Shown: one piece after another, positions 21,019 to 30,409 of the stretch | How the letters are laid out: the number at the start of each line of letters is the position of its first letter | How positions within the stretch are numbered: the first letter of the stretch is position 1 | Source of the DNA: Bacteroidota bacterium | GTDB taxonomy: Bacteria > Bacteroidota > Bacteroidia > UKL13-3 | Direction of reading: 5' to 3' | Assembly: GCA_947446605.1 (NCBI GenBank) | Contig: CANFHJ010000002.1 | Location: 2,203 to 66,202, forward strand | Length of the DNA stretch: 64,000 nucleotides | The notes under the pieces: generated by a model | Seen by the model: only the letters and a program-made list of their open reading frames with translations | Told to the model about the DNA's origin: nothing | The model's database searches: none | Program-made: the position numbers and the translations under genes

Positions 21019-21672
21019 TTAATAGGTATCTAACAAGATATTGAAACCAATGGAATGGTGCCAAAACTGGTCGAATGAAAAGCGCGTATAAGCAAATTTG
21101 CCTTCTACTTTATCGCCATTGGTCCAACCGTAGTTGGATTGAATATTTACATAAAAACGTTTTTCGCATTTGATATTTAATCCAATTCCTAATGGCACAA
21201 CTAAATCTTTCACACCAGATTTTTGGTAATCGTTGTTGCTAGCATACGATGTATATTTTGATCCAATACCTGTAAGAATATAGGGAGAAAAGCGCGCATT
21301 GTCATTACCTAATAATTTCCAACGAACCGTAATATCAGAATAGTTAAACTTGGCATTATAATAGTTGTTGATATCTCTAAAATAGATTTCCTGTCCCTTA
21401 TTAATTGAGGCACTTAGGTCAAATTGATTGCTTAAATAGTAAGCAAAGTTTAAACCAATAAATCCTTGGTGAGAATCGGCAGTTGTAATACCATTTTCAC
21501 TGTAAATTCTATGCGAAAGCATATCAAATTTTAAGAATCCATTACCCAAATCACCACTGTATTCAGATATCCCAGCTTTTAAGCCAATGGCCAATTTATG
21601 ATCTGCTGTTTGCGCATTTGCCGAAAAGCAAAGGATACATAATGTAAAAACACCTAGTAATAATTTTCTCAT
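21019..21672 (-). CDS. outer-membrane beta-barrel (porin-family) protein
   Basis: 217 aa with a signal peptide ending ANAQ, alternating hydrophobic beta-strand pattern and a C-terminal aromatic (..LLDTY). Confidence 0.6.
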   Translation of the reverse strand: MRKLLLGVFTLCILCFSANAQTADHKLAIGLKAGISEYSGDLGNGFLKFDMLSHRIYSENGITTADSHQGFIGLNFAYYLSNQFDLSASINKGQEIYFRDINNYYNAKFNYSDITVRWKLLGNDNARFSPYILTGIGSKYTSYASNNDYQKSGVKDLVVPLGIGLNIKCEKRFYVNIQSNYGWTNGDKVEGKFAYTRFSFDQFWHHSIGFNILLDTY

Positions 21673-21799
21673 AATTGATTTATTTCCTTAGCGCTAAAAT
21701 ATAAAAAAAATAGTTTCACACCTTATTTTTATGGCAAAATTTACAAACAATTAAAAGTTTAGGTAGGCATAAGCCATATTTTATTTATGTTTGAGGAAG

Positions 21800-22564
21800 A
21801 TGAATAAGCAATTGGATGTGTTTTTTATTGGCAGCGGACGTCTTGCTCAAAACTTGGCAAATGCCATAGCTGGCAGCTCGGTGAAGCTTTGTGGCGTTTA
21901 TTCTAAGACCATTTCTAATGCCAAGTCTTTTTCAGAAAAATTTGGCGTTCCCTGTTTTGAAAATCTCCAAAGTATACCCCTTAATTGTTCTATTTATTTT
22001 TTAGCCGTGCCCGATAGTGAAATTGAAAAGATTTCTTCTCAATTGATTACTGATGGACTAGTTGTACATAGTTCTGGATTTATGCCAATGAGCCAAATTA
22101 TCAACCAAAGAAAAGCAGTATTTTGGCCGATCCAAACGCTGAGCGCAAATTCTTACAATAGCTTACATCATGTTCCAATTGGAATAGAGGCAGCTTTAAA
22201 GACAGATGAAGAATTGTTAATTCAATTGGCTTTGTTGATCAATTGTACGCCGCAATTATTAAATGGTGAACAGCGTCAGAAGTTACATTTGGCGGCTGTT
22301 TTGGTAAATAACTTCACCAATCATTTGTATGCAGTGGCAAAAGATTTTCTCCATAAAAATAATTTAGATTTCAATTTACTTTTGCCACTTATCCAAGAAA
22401 CTGTTACCAAAATAAAAGCGTTCGAACCAGCCTTGGTTCAGACCGGACCAGCTGCCCGCAAGGATTTAAAAACAATTGAGGAACATCAAAAGTTATTAAA
22501 ACAAGATCCAGAGGTATTGGCAATTTATAAAATATTAACCCAAAGTATTATTCACCATAAATGA
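21800..22564 (+). CDS. Rossmann-fold NAD(P)-binding protein (DUF2520-like)
   Basis: N-terminal dinucleotide-binding motif VFFIGSGRLAQNLA. ATG at 21800 is preferred over the TTG at 21791. The stop overlaps the next start (ATGA). Confidence 0.55.
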   Translation: MNKQLDVFFIGSGRLAQNLANAIAGSSVKLCGVYSKTISNAKSFSEKFGVPCFENLQSIPLNCSIYFLAVPDSEIEKISSQLITDGLVVHSSGFMPMSQIINQRKAVFWPIQTLSANSYNSLHHVPIGIEAALKTDEELLIQLALLINCTPQLLNGEQRQKLHLAAVLVNNFTNHLYAVAKDFLHKNNLDFNLLLPLIQETVTKIKAFEPALVQTGPAARKDLKTIEEHQKLLKQDPEVLAIYKILTQSIIHHK

Positions 22565-23838
22565 AATTACTTAAGAATTTTCAAAAAATAATTTTCGTTT
22601 TTTTTCTTTTGCTAAAGGTCTCAGATGCCTGTGGTACCAGGTTACTCATTCCTATGGATGAGGAACAAAAAAACCATTTGAAAGCCTATGGTATTTCTTT
22701 TTGGGTGCTTAAAAAAGACTTAGAAGTGAATTGGTTATTGAATTACCGTGGTGGTAGCTTTATGATTAATTATGCCGAACCAATTGAAAAAGAATGTAAG
22801 ATTAGAGGAGTGAGTTATGATATTATCAGTGAAGGACAAGTAACAGAAATTCTAACAGAAATTGCGCGTCCGGATGTGAATATGGAAATGGTACGCCTGC
22901 TCAAAGTGCCCAAAATTGCTGTGTATTCGCCCAAAACAAAGCAACCTTGGGATGATGCCGTTACCTTGGTTTTAACCTATGCAGAAATTCCTTATGATGT
23001 TATTTACGATGATGAAGTTTTAGATGGTAAACTAAGTTTATATGATTGGTTGCATGTGCACCATGAAGATTTTACTGGTCAGTACGGAAAGTTTTATTCT
23101 AATTTTGCCCAAGCAGCTTGGTACCAAGCAGAGGTAAAAGAAAGTGAGGCAATGGCTGCCAAGCATGGTTTTTCTAAGGTTTCAGAATTGAAATTAGCTG
23201 TTGCAAAAAAAATAAGGGACTATGTTTTAGGCGGTGGTTTTATGTTTGCCATGTGCTCTGCAACCGATACCTGGGACATTGCCTTGGCGGCAGATGGCAT
23301 AGATATTTGTGCAGAAGTTTTTGATGGAGATGCAGCCGATTACAATGCCGATAAAAAATTAGATTTTAGCAAAGGCTTTGCATTTAAAGATTATAAACTC
23401 TACCTCGATCCAATGGTTTATGAGCACAGCTTTATAGACGCAATGCAAGGCACTAGGCCAGTTACAGAAGACAATGATGTGTTTTCATTGTTTGAATTCA
23501 GTGCCAAATGGGATATGGTTCCTGCTATGCTAAACCAGAATCATACCAGCACCGTAAAAGGTTTTTGGGGACAAACAACAGCCTTTAGAAAGCCTTTTAT
23601 AAAAAGTGAAGTAATCATTTTAGGAGATAACAAATCGCTCAATGAAGCGCGTTATATTCATGGAACTGCTGGCAAAGGAACTTGGACATTTTATGCCGGC
23701 CACGATCCGGAAGACTACCAACACCAAGTAGGAGAGCCGCCCACAGATTTAAGCTTACATCCTAATTCTCCGGGGTACCGACTAATCCTCAACAATATTT
23801 TGTTTCCATCTGCACAAAAGAAAAAGCAGAAAACGTAA
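22561..23838 (+). CDS. conserved hypothetical exported protein, 425 aa
   Basis: Signal-like N-terminus, and translationally coupled to the upstream gene. I recall homologues in Flavobacteriia being mislabelled 'asparagine synthetase B', and a GATase1/ThuA-like fold is only a guess. Confidence 0.5.
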   Translation: MKLLKNFQKIIFVFFLLLKVSDACGTRLLIPMDEEQKNHLKAYGISFWVLKKDLEVNWLLNYRGGSFMINYAEPIEKECKIRGVSYDIISEGQVTEILTEIARPDVNMEMVRLLKVPKIAVYSPKTKQPWDDAVTLVLTYAEIPYDVIYDDEVLDGKLSLYDWLHVHHEDFTGQYGKFYSNFAQAAWYQAEVKESEAMAAKHGFSKVSELKLAVAKKIRDYVLGGGFMFAMCSATDTWDIALAADGIDICAEVFDGDAADYNADKKLDFSKGFAFKDYKLYLDPMVYEHSFIDAMQGTRPVTEDNDVFSLFEFSAKWDMVPAMLNQNHTSTVKGFWGQTTAFRKPFIKSEVIILGDNKSLNEARYIHGTAGKGTWTFYAGHDPEDYQHQVGEPPTDLSLHPNSPGYRLILNNILFPSAQKKKQKT

Positions 23839-23895
23839 TTAGAAACGGGATTTGAATTTTCTATCACATTGAGTTTGTCGAATCCTTCAAATGAA

Positions 23896-24399
23896 TTAGT
23901 CCAATTTTACCTTATTTACATGCATCAGCACATCCGTATGGTGATGGCCAGTAAATGCACTAAAGAATTCACCACTTACTTGAATCTTTTTACCTTTCAA
24001 ACCCTTTAATTGTTGGGCATCTTCTGCAGCTAATTGAATTTTATTTACGCCTCTTCTGGTAATATCTCTTCCTTCTTTGCAATTGGTTTGAACCACATTA
24101 ATTGGCTTATCTAAAACCAAAATAAAGGGATATTCTTTCTCATCCGTCTCAGGTGATTCTCCATAATTGGGCGCACCATAAAACATTTCTGTTTTTAAGG
24201 TACCACTAATAGTAGCATCTTCAGCTTCAAAAGTATAATCCCCAGGATTGACAATAGTGTCAGTTTGCAAAATACTCTCTGTTTCCAAAACCATCAAACT
24301 GTCTGTATATACTGGCGTTTTTTTGGCAGCTTCATTCTGGCATGCTATGAAACTGGTTATTGTCAGAATAATTAAGAGGTAAGTTTTTTCTTGTTTCAT
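23896..24399 (-). CDS. lipoprotein, DUF4431-like
   Basis: Lipobox ITSFIAC. The C-terminal region (KIQVSGEFFSAFTGHHHTDVLMHV) resembles DUF4431. Confidence 0.4.
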   Translation of the reverse strand: MKQEKTYLLIILTITSFIACQNEAAKKTPVYTDSLMVLETESILQTDTIVNPGDYTFEAEDATISGTLKTEMFYGAPNYGESPETDEKEYPFILVLDKPINVVQTNCKEGRDITRRGVNKIQLAAEDAQQLKGLKGKKIQVSGEFFSAFTGHHHTDVLMHVNKVKLD

Positions 24400-24421
24400 A
24401 GTTTTATAAATATAACCTTAC

Positions 24422-24613
24422 CTATTGAATATCTTCTAGTTTTTCAAATTCAAATAATATTTCTAATGAATCATTCATTACTAATTTAGATTCAATTTTA
24501 AGCCTTTCACCTAATTCAATTCTATCAGAAAAGTTACCAGATTTTATTTTATCAGAATATTCCTTCGGATTTTCGATTAAGTTTTTGTTAGTAGTAACGG
24601 GTGAAGTTTTCAT
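24422..24613 (-). CDS. small hypothetical protein, 63 aa
   Basis: ORF only. It lies between trpS and the lipoprotein gene on the same strand. Confidence 0.3.
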   Translation of the reverse strand: MKTSPVTTNKNLIENPKEYSDKIKSGNFSDRIELGERLKIESKLVMNDSLEILFEFEKLEDIQ

Positions 24614-24694
24614 AGGAAATTTTTAAATAATTGTGCCAAGCAAAAATACTATTTACAAAAAACAAATTCAATTTAAAATCGATCAACCAACCAA

Positions 24695-25696
24695 CTAAAA
24701 TCCCCTAATTCCAATTGCTTCTCTGCACTCAATTAAAGTTGCCTGCGCACTAATATTTGCTTTCTCTTTTCCAATTTGAACAACGCGTTTCAATAAGTTT
24801 TCATCACCATCAATGGCAGCAATTTTCTCTCTTATGGGTGTAAGGTAATTAACCAAATCTTCTGCTAAATCTTTTTTCATATCGCCATAGCGAATGCTGC
24901 AATTGGCATAAAGATTGGCGTAATGCGACACCTTCTCATTGCCTGAAACTATTGCCATCAAATCAAGCAAATTTTGCACTGGAGTGGTAGGGGGGGTATT
25001 GGGTTCGGTAGGACCTAAATCGGTAACGGCACGACTGATTTTTTTTCTGATTACTTCCGGTGAATCATTGAGGTTAATTACATTTCCATCACCATCACTT
25101 TTACTCATTTTTCCACCACCTTGTAGTCCGGGAATTTTCACCAATTCCTTACCATAATTAAATGCAAAGGGTTCAGGGAAAATTTCTTTTTCATAAATTC
25201 TATTGAACCTGTTTCCAAAAGTTCTAGCCATTTCTAAATGTTGCTCTTGGTCTTTACCTACTGGAACTTTAGTTGCTTTATGAATAATAATATCTGCTGC
25301 CATTAATACTGGATAGGTAAGCAAACCTGCATTTACATTATTGGGTTGGGTTCTTGCCTTTTCTTTAAAAGAAGCAACGCGTTCCAATTCTCCCATATAG
25401 GCATGCATGTTCAACATCATATACAGTTCTGCTACCTGTGGCAAATCACTTTGTATATATAAAGTACAGGCTTCAGGATCTAATCCGCAAGCCAAATATT
25501 CCACCAAAACTTGTCGTACGTTTTGGTGTAAATCTGCTGGATTGGGATGGGTAGTTAGGCTATGGTAATCTGCAATAAAAAAATAACAATTGTGTTCATA
25601 TTGCATTTTAATAAAATTATTTACCGCGCCTAAGTAATTACCAAGGTGAAGGTTTCCGGTAGGTCTAATGCCACTTACAATTATTTCTTTACTCAT
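24695..25696 (-). CDS. trpS: tryptophan--tRNA ligase
   Basis: 333 aa with a HIGH-type motif (GNLHLGNY) and KMSKS. Confidence 0.9.
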   Translation of the reverse strand: MSKEIIVSGIRPTGNLHLGNYLGAVNNFIKMQYEHNCYFFIADYHSLTTHPNPADLHQNVRQVLVEYLACGLDPEACTLYIQSDLPQVAELYMMLNMHAYMGELERVASFKEKARTQPNNVNAGLLTYPVLMAADIIIHKATKVPVGKDQEQHLEMARTFGNRFNRIYEKEIFPEPFAFNYGKELVKIPGLQGGGKMSKSDGDGNVINLNDSPEVIRKKISRAVTDLGPTEPNTPPTTPVQNLLDLMAIVSGNEKVSHYANLYANCSIRYGDMKKDLAEDLVNYLTPIREKIAAIDGDENLLKRVVQIGKEKANISAQATLIECREAIGIRGF

Positions 25697-25805
25697 ATCG
25701 CCTACAAATTAAGGATTTTTTTTGTTTAAGGATAAACTTAAGCAAGCAAAAAAATAAACATTAAAATTTTAGTGGCTATTTTATTCGCCTTTAAGCTCAA
25801 TAGTA

Positions 25806-26945
25806 TTAATTGGATGTTTTTGCATCAATTGTTTTCTCTATGCTTTGCCACAATTTTTCTGCACTTAAATCCCAAGAGAATTGTTGTTTTCTTTCCATTC
25901 CTTTTCTAACCAAAGCTGCTGCTAGACTTGGATTAAGGAATAATTCAAGCATTTTAGCTGCAATATCTTTGCTGTCAAATGGATCAACATAAAGCGCGGC
26001 ATCTCCAGCAATTTCTGGCATACAGCTCACATTGCTGCTAATAATTGGAACTTCACATTGCATGGCTTCCACCAATGGAATTCCAAAACCTTCAAAATAA
26101 GAAACAAAGGTGAGCGCAAATGCTGAAGCTGTTATTTTCTCTAATTCTTCTTGCGCCAAACGGCCAGTAATTATTATATCTGCTTTGTATGGACTGTTTT
26201 GAATACAGGAATCTATTTCTCCTTTTCCCCAAAAACTACTGCCTACCAAAACCAATTGGTGATTAGCTCCGCTTTGCTTTTTAAACAAATCAAATGCTTT
26301 AATTAAACGTGCTAAATTTTTACGCGGACTCTGTGAACCTACAAACAAAAAATAGGGTAGACCCTTGGTATATTTGGTTCTTACAGCTTCTTTGTCATCG
26401 AAATTTAAGGGTGTGTAACCCTCGTTTATGCCATTATAAACCACATCAATTTTATTCGGTTCGATCCGATACTGTGTTGCTATATCTTTTTTACTAAACT
26501 CCGATACGCTTGCAATTCTTGTTGCAATTCTTGCGAATACAGGAACAAAAATGCTGTAGTATTTGCTGTAAAAGAATTTTAAATCTTTTGGATAGTGCTC
26601 AAAATTGATGTCGTGTATTACGGCCAATTGTTTGCACCTGGCACCAATAACCAACAAGCCATCTGGTGCTAAAAATAAATCGGGCTTAATTTTTTGTAGG
26701 ATATTTTTTACCGCAATTTGATAATACAATAGGTATAGAAATGGATGTCGCGCCGGCGGAAATAGCACAACTGGCTTTACGTTTGAGCTAAAAACAAATT
26801 CTTCTGAATAGGGGCGGTCAAACAAAAAAGTAAATTCAATTTCAGGATGTGCCTGTGTAATTCTTTTTAATGTTTGAAAAGTAAACCAAGCTATTCCATC
26901 CAATTTATTTGGGATAAGGGAGCGTGTATTTACTACTATTTTCAT
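25806..26945 (-). CDS. glycosyltransferase family 4 (GT-B, group 1)
   Basis: C-terminal GT1 signature region (YFEGFGIPLVEAMQCEVPIISSN). ATG at 26945 (MKIVVNTR) is preferred. Confidence 0.75.
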   Translation of the reverse strand: MKIVVNTRSLIPNKLDGIAWFTFQTLKRITQAHPEIEFTFLFDRPYSEEFVFSSNVKPVVLFPPARHPFLYLLYYQIAVKNILQKIKPDLFLAPDGLLVIGARCKQLAVIHDINFEHYPKDLKFFYSKYYSIFVPVFARIATRIASVSEFSKKDIATQYRIEPNKIDVVYNGINEGYTPLNFDDKEAVRTKYTKGLPYFLFVGSQSPRKNLARLIKAFDLFKKQSGANHQLVLVGSSFWGKGEIDSCIQNSPYKADIIITGRLAQEELEKITASAFALTFVSYFEGFGIPLVEAMQCEVPIISSNVSCMPEIAGDAALYVDPFDSKDIAAKMLELFLNPSLAAALVRKGMERKQQFSWDLSAEKLWQSIEKTIDAKTSN

Positions 26946-27062
26946 GTAGCACAATAATAAGTAGAAAAGAGAATATTTATTTTATCAAGGTTCAATTATT
27001 AAAATAATTTATTTTCAAATTCATTTTCACTTTCTTTGGTTCAATAAATTAAACCAGTTAAA

Positions 27063-27812
27063 ATGTGTTACCACGCTTCCGTAAGTGCCACTTATCAGCA
27101 AGTTGAAGCGAGCTATGCCAAAACTTTTGTAGAAGGAAGCCTTCCATTGTTTAGCAACAAATCTGATGTAATTGCTTACCACCTCAATGGTTTTGATTTC
27201 CCCAAAATGCCTGTTATTACAAGTGATTTGAGTGATAAGCTACAACTTTTCAATTGGGGATTAATTCCCTCTTGGGTAAAAGATTTTGATGCGGCAAAAC
27301 AATTACGAGCACAAACACTCAATGCCCGCAGCGAAACTATTTTTGAAAAGGCTTCCTTTAGAAATCCAATTATAAATGCCAGGTGCTTAATTCCCATGAC
27401 GAGCTTCTTTGAATGGAAAGAGGAAACGGATAAAAGTAAAATACCCTATCTCATTCAAGTTAAAAACCAGCCAATATTTTCAATGGCAGGTATTTGTTCT
27501 AAATGGTGGAGTGAGGCAGAAGGCAAGGAATATCAAACGTTTTCAATCATAACTACCGCTGCAAACAGCTTAATGGAAGAAATTCATAATGTAAAAAAAC
27601 GTATGCCCTTAATTCTTGCGAAAGAGCAAGAAGGACTTTGGCTCGATAAAAATTTAGGCCAAATAGAAATTGAGGCTTTCTTAAAACCATTCCCCAGCGA
27701 GCAAATGGAAGCCTATACCATTTCACCCATCATTTCATCACGCTCTAAATTTAAGAACAGCCCTGAGGTGCTCAAACCTTATTCTTATGAAAAACGTGAT
27801 TTGTTTTCATAA
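27063..27812 (+). CDS. SOS response-associated peptidase (SRAP/YedK family, abasic-site processing)
   Basis: 249 aa starting MC (catalytic Cys2 after Met removal), with length and layout typical of SRAP. Confidence 0.7.
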   Translation: MCYHASVSATYQQVEASYAKTFVEGSLPLFSNKSDVIAYHLNGFDFPKMPVITSDLSDKLQLFNWGLIPSWVKDFDAAKQLRAQTLNARSETIFEKASFRNPIINARCLIPMTSFFEWKEETDKSKIPYLIQVKNQPIFSMAGICSKWWSEAEGKEYQTFSIITTAANSLMEEIHNVKKRMPLILAKEQEGLWLDKNLGQIEIEAFLKPFPSEQMEAYTISPIISSRSKFKNSPEVLKPYSYEKRDLFS

Positions 27813-27844
27813 AAAAAGCTCCGTTGTTTCCAACGGAGCTTTTT
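27811..27844. terminator. bidirectional terminator between convergent SRAP and ferredoxin genes
   Basis: A7-AGCTCCGTTG-tttc-CAACGGAGCT-T4, with a perfect 10-bp stem. Confidence 0.8.
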
Positions 27845-27849
27845 AATAA

Positions 27850-28194
27850 CTAAACGTGCATTCTGTTTTTCTTTTCCAAAAGCACTTCTTTTGTCTCCAC
27901 CATGTCTGGATCAGGCACACAGCAGTCTACAGGACATACGGCAGCACACTGTGGTTCTTCGTGGAAGCCCACACATTCTGTACATTTTCCGCTTTCAATG
28001 TAGTAAGTGTCTTCAGATTTTGGCGTAAAACGTTTGCTTACGTCAATGGACTCGCCATCAATAGTAATAGTTCCGCTAAGGTTGTTTCCGTCAGCCCATG
28101 CCCATTCGGCACCGGCTTCGTAAATTGCGTTATTCGGACATTCTGGTTCGCACGCACCGCAATTGATACACTCGTCAGTAATTATGATTGCCAT
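27850..28194 (-). CDS. 4Fe-4S dicluster ferredoxin
   Basis: 114 aa. [12 protein letters not shown] near the N-terminus and CxxC...CAAVCPVDC near the C-terminus. Confidence 0.8.
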   Translation of the reverse strand: MAIIITDECINCGACEPECPNNAIYEAGAEWAWADGNNLSGTITIDGESIDVSKRFTPKSEDTYYIESGKCTECVGFHEEPQCAAVCPVDCCVPDPDMVETKEVLLEKKNRMHV

Positions 28195-28278
28195 ATTTCT
28201 AAAATTTTTATAGGATGATAACTACTGCAAGTTTAGTTTTGTTGGCGCTTTCAAAAAAATAGAATTAGTCTAAATTAT

Positions 28279-29289
28279 ATGAATTATTCACAAATGTTAC
28301 TGGTATTATCAAAATTAGGAGACAGGTTTCGCGAAATAAATTCAGAAACGCCTCTTTTACAGCAGGCTTACCTTTATAACAATTGGTTCACCATCGACAT
28401 GCAATTAAAGTCGATTTATGCTTGGGCCGACCTCCTTCGCAAAGAAAATCTGGAGGAATGGCTTAAGAATTACCAAATTTCGGTTCGAACCGAGCCAAAA
28501 ACGGTGGCAATTATTATGGCTGGCAATATTCCTTTGGTAGGATTTCATGATTTATTATGTGTTTTACTCTCCGGAAATAATGCTTTGGTAAAAATGAGCT
28601 CCGATGATAAACAATTAATGTTGTGGGTAATTTCCACATTGATTGAAATAGACCCAAGCCTTGAAGCGAGAATTAAAATTGCAGAAGATTATCAGTTGAA
28701 AAATTTTGATGCCGTAATTGCAACAGGCAGTAATAATAGTAACCGCTATTTTGAATACTATTTTAAAGATAAACCACATTTATTGCGCAAAACCCGCAAT
28801 AGCCTTGCAGTTCTTTCTGGAAATGAATCACCCGAAGAACTTGATTTACTTGCCGACGATGTGTTTTTGTATTTTGGAATGGGTTGCAGAAATGTCTCTA
28901 AACTACTATTGCCCAAAGGCTATAACCTAGAACCCATGTTTTTAGCTTTTGAAAAGTATAAAGACATCATTAACCATAATAAGTTTGCAAATAACTACAC
29001 TTATCACAAGGCATTGTTCTTAATGAACCAAGATCCGCATTTAGACAATGGCTTCTTAATTGTTAAACAAGATAATTCCTTGTCATCACCCTTAAGTGTA
29101 TTAATGTTCCAGTTTTATGAAAATGAACAAGATATTCAAGCTTTCTTAGATTTGCACAAAGACAATATCCAATGTGTTGTAGGAAACCTACCCAATATGA
29201 ACGCAGTCCCTTTTGGTAAATCTCAACAACCCGCCCTCACAGATTACGCCGACGGAATTGATACCATGGCATTTTTATTAAGCTTTTAG
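28279..29289 (+). CDS. acyl-CoA reductase (LuxC-like)
   Basis: 336 aa. Overall similarity to the Bacteroidota 'acyl-CoA reductase' family as I remember it, with no sharp motif. Contains palindrome copy 4. Confidence 0.5.
   Translation: MNYSQMLLVLSKLGDRFREINSETPLLQQAYLYNNWFTIDMQLKSIYAWADLLRKENLEEWLKNYQISVRTEPKTVAIIMAGNIPLVGFHDLLCVLLSGNNALVKMSSDDKQLMLWVISTLIEIDPSLEARIKIAEDYQLKNFDAVIATGSNNSNRYFEYYFKDKPHLLRKTRNSLAVLSGNESPEELDLLADDVFLYFGMGCRNVSKLLLPKGYNLEPMFLAFEKYKDIINHNKFANNYTYHKALFLMNQDPHLDNGFLIVKQDNSLSSPLSVLMFQFYENEQDIQAFLDLHKDNIQCVVGNLPNMNAVPFGKSQQPALTDYADGIDTMAFLLSF
28480..28493. repeat. iterated palindrome copy 4, TCGGTTCGAACCGA (perfect 14-mer)
   Basis: Read directly. Encodes VRT in 28279..29289. 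Confidence 0.95.
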
Positions 29290-29350
29290 TAATTTGGTTT
29301 CTTGCTTCTGGCAAAGAAAATATTTAATGTTGACTTCGTCAACCTGTCTG

Positions 29351-30271
29351 CTACCAGCTACCAAACACTATTTCCGCCGCTTCTTTTTCCATTGGATGAA
29401 TGCGGTCGAGGAGTGGATTAATTTCTGTTATTTCAAAGGCAAATAAGTTAGGAACAGCCAAAAAGTTTTTCAATAATTCAATGGCTTCCTCTTTTGATAA
29501 ACCTCCGTGTACGGGTGTTCCTGTGCCGCAAGAAATACTTGGGTCAAGGCTGTCAACATCAAAAGAAACAAGGATGTGGTGGCAATGCGACAAGTGTTGC
29601 AAGGTGTCTTCAATTATTTTTTGAATGCCAATTTCTTTTCTGTTTTGCGGCGTAAAATGCTTGATGGATTGGTTTTCTAAAATGGCAATTTCTTCAACTT
29701 CTAAATCCCGGATATCAATAAAAACCAAATCGCTCGGGAGTAATTTTGGACAAATTTTATTCGAGCCCAAATGCAACATTTCTTTCCAAAGTGATTGGGT
29801 AGACCTATCAACTTTATTTTTACTGTTGGTATTTGATTGCAATCCCAATGCAGCGGCCAAAGGCATTCCGTGCATATTTCCACTTGGGGAGGTAAAAGGA
29901 GAGTGCAAATCGGCATGGGCATCTATCCAAATAACACCTAATCTGTTTTCTGGAAATTTATTTTTATAGGCACTAATACCAACAAGGCCATTACTATGAT
30001 CACCACTAATTATCCAAGGTGTTTGAGAAGCATCAATTGCGGCTTCAACGGCTTGTATTGCACGTTTTTCAATATTTAATATCGACTCAATATGAATTGC
30101 AAATTCCCCTGTTTCACTTTCTTCAAGCTCAATAGGTTCAATTCTTTCTATAGGAATATTTTCAGTAAATGAGTTGGGAAGTTCTTTGAGCAGCGCCTGT
30201 GGCCCTAGCTTTGCGCCTTTTTTGCCTGCTCCAAAATCTGATTCAATTGTAATTATTTTAACATTTTTCAC
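29351..30271 (-). CDS. arginase-family (ureohydrolase) enzyme, arginase-like
   Basis: Mn-binding motifs SGDHS, IDAHADLH and SFDVDSLDP. The SGNMHGMPL loop resembles arginases more than agmatinases. Confidence 0.7.
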   Translation of the reverse strand: MKNVKIITIESDFGAGKKGAKLGPQALLKELPNSFTENIPIERIEPIELEESETGEFAIHIESILNIEKRAIQAVEAAIDASQTPWIISGDHSNGLVGISAYKNKFPENRLGVIWIDAHADLHSPFTSPSGNMHGMPLAAALGLQSNTNSKNKVDRSTQSLWKEMLHLGSNKICPKLLPSDLVFIDIRDLEVEEIAILENQSIKHFTPQNRKEIGIQKIIEDTLQHLSHCHHILVSFDVDSLDPSISCGTGTPVHGGLSKEEAIELLKNFLAVPNLFAFEITEINPLLDRIHPMEKEAAEIVFGSW

Positions 30272-30409
30272 AAAACCTCCAAAGGATGGTGAAAGGCAAA
30301 TATATAGGTATTGGTTCGTGCTAAACCAAAAAGCTTAATAACAGGCTGTTTATAATTAATTTTATTTCATGATTTATTTATATAAAATAACCTTTCCCTT
30401 TTCTTAAAA

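Noticed and set aside
27856-28218. 120-aa plus-strand ORF
   Set aside because: It is fully antisense to the ferredoxin gene, whose Cys-cluster motifs are unambiguous. This is a typical shadow ORF.
29400-29969. Plus-strand ORFs 29400..29624 and 29625..29969, and minus-strand ORF 29701..29922
   Set aside because: They overlap the arginase-family gene, which carries all three Mn-binding motifs. No independent support.
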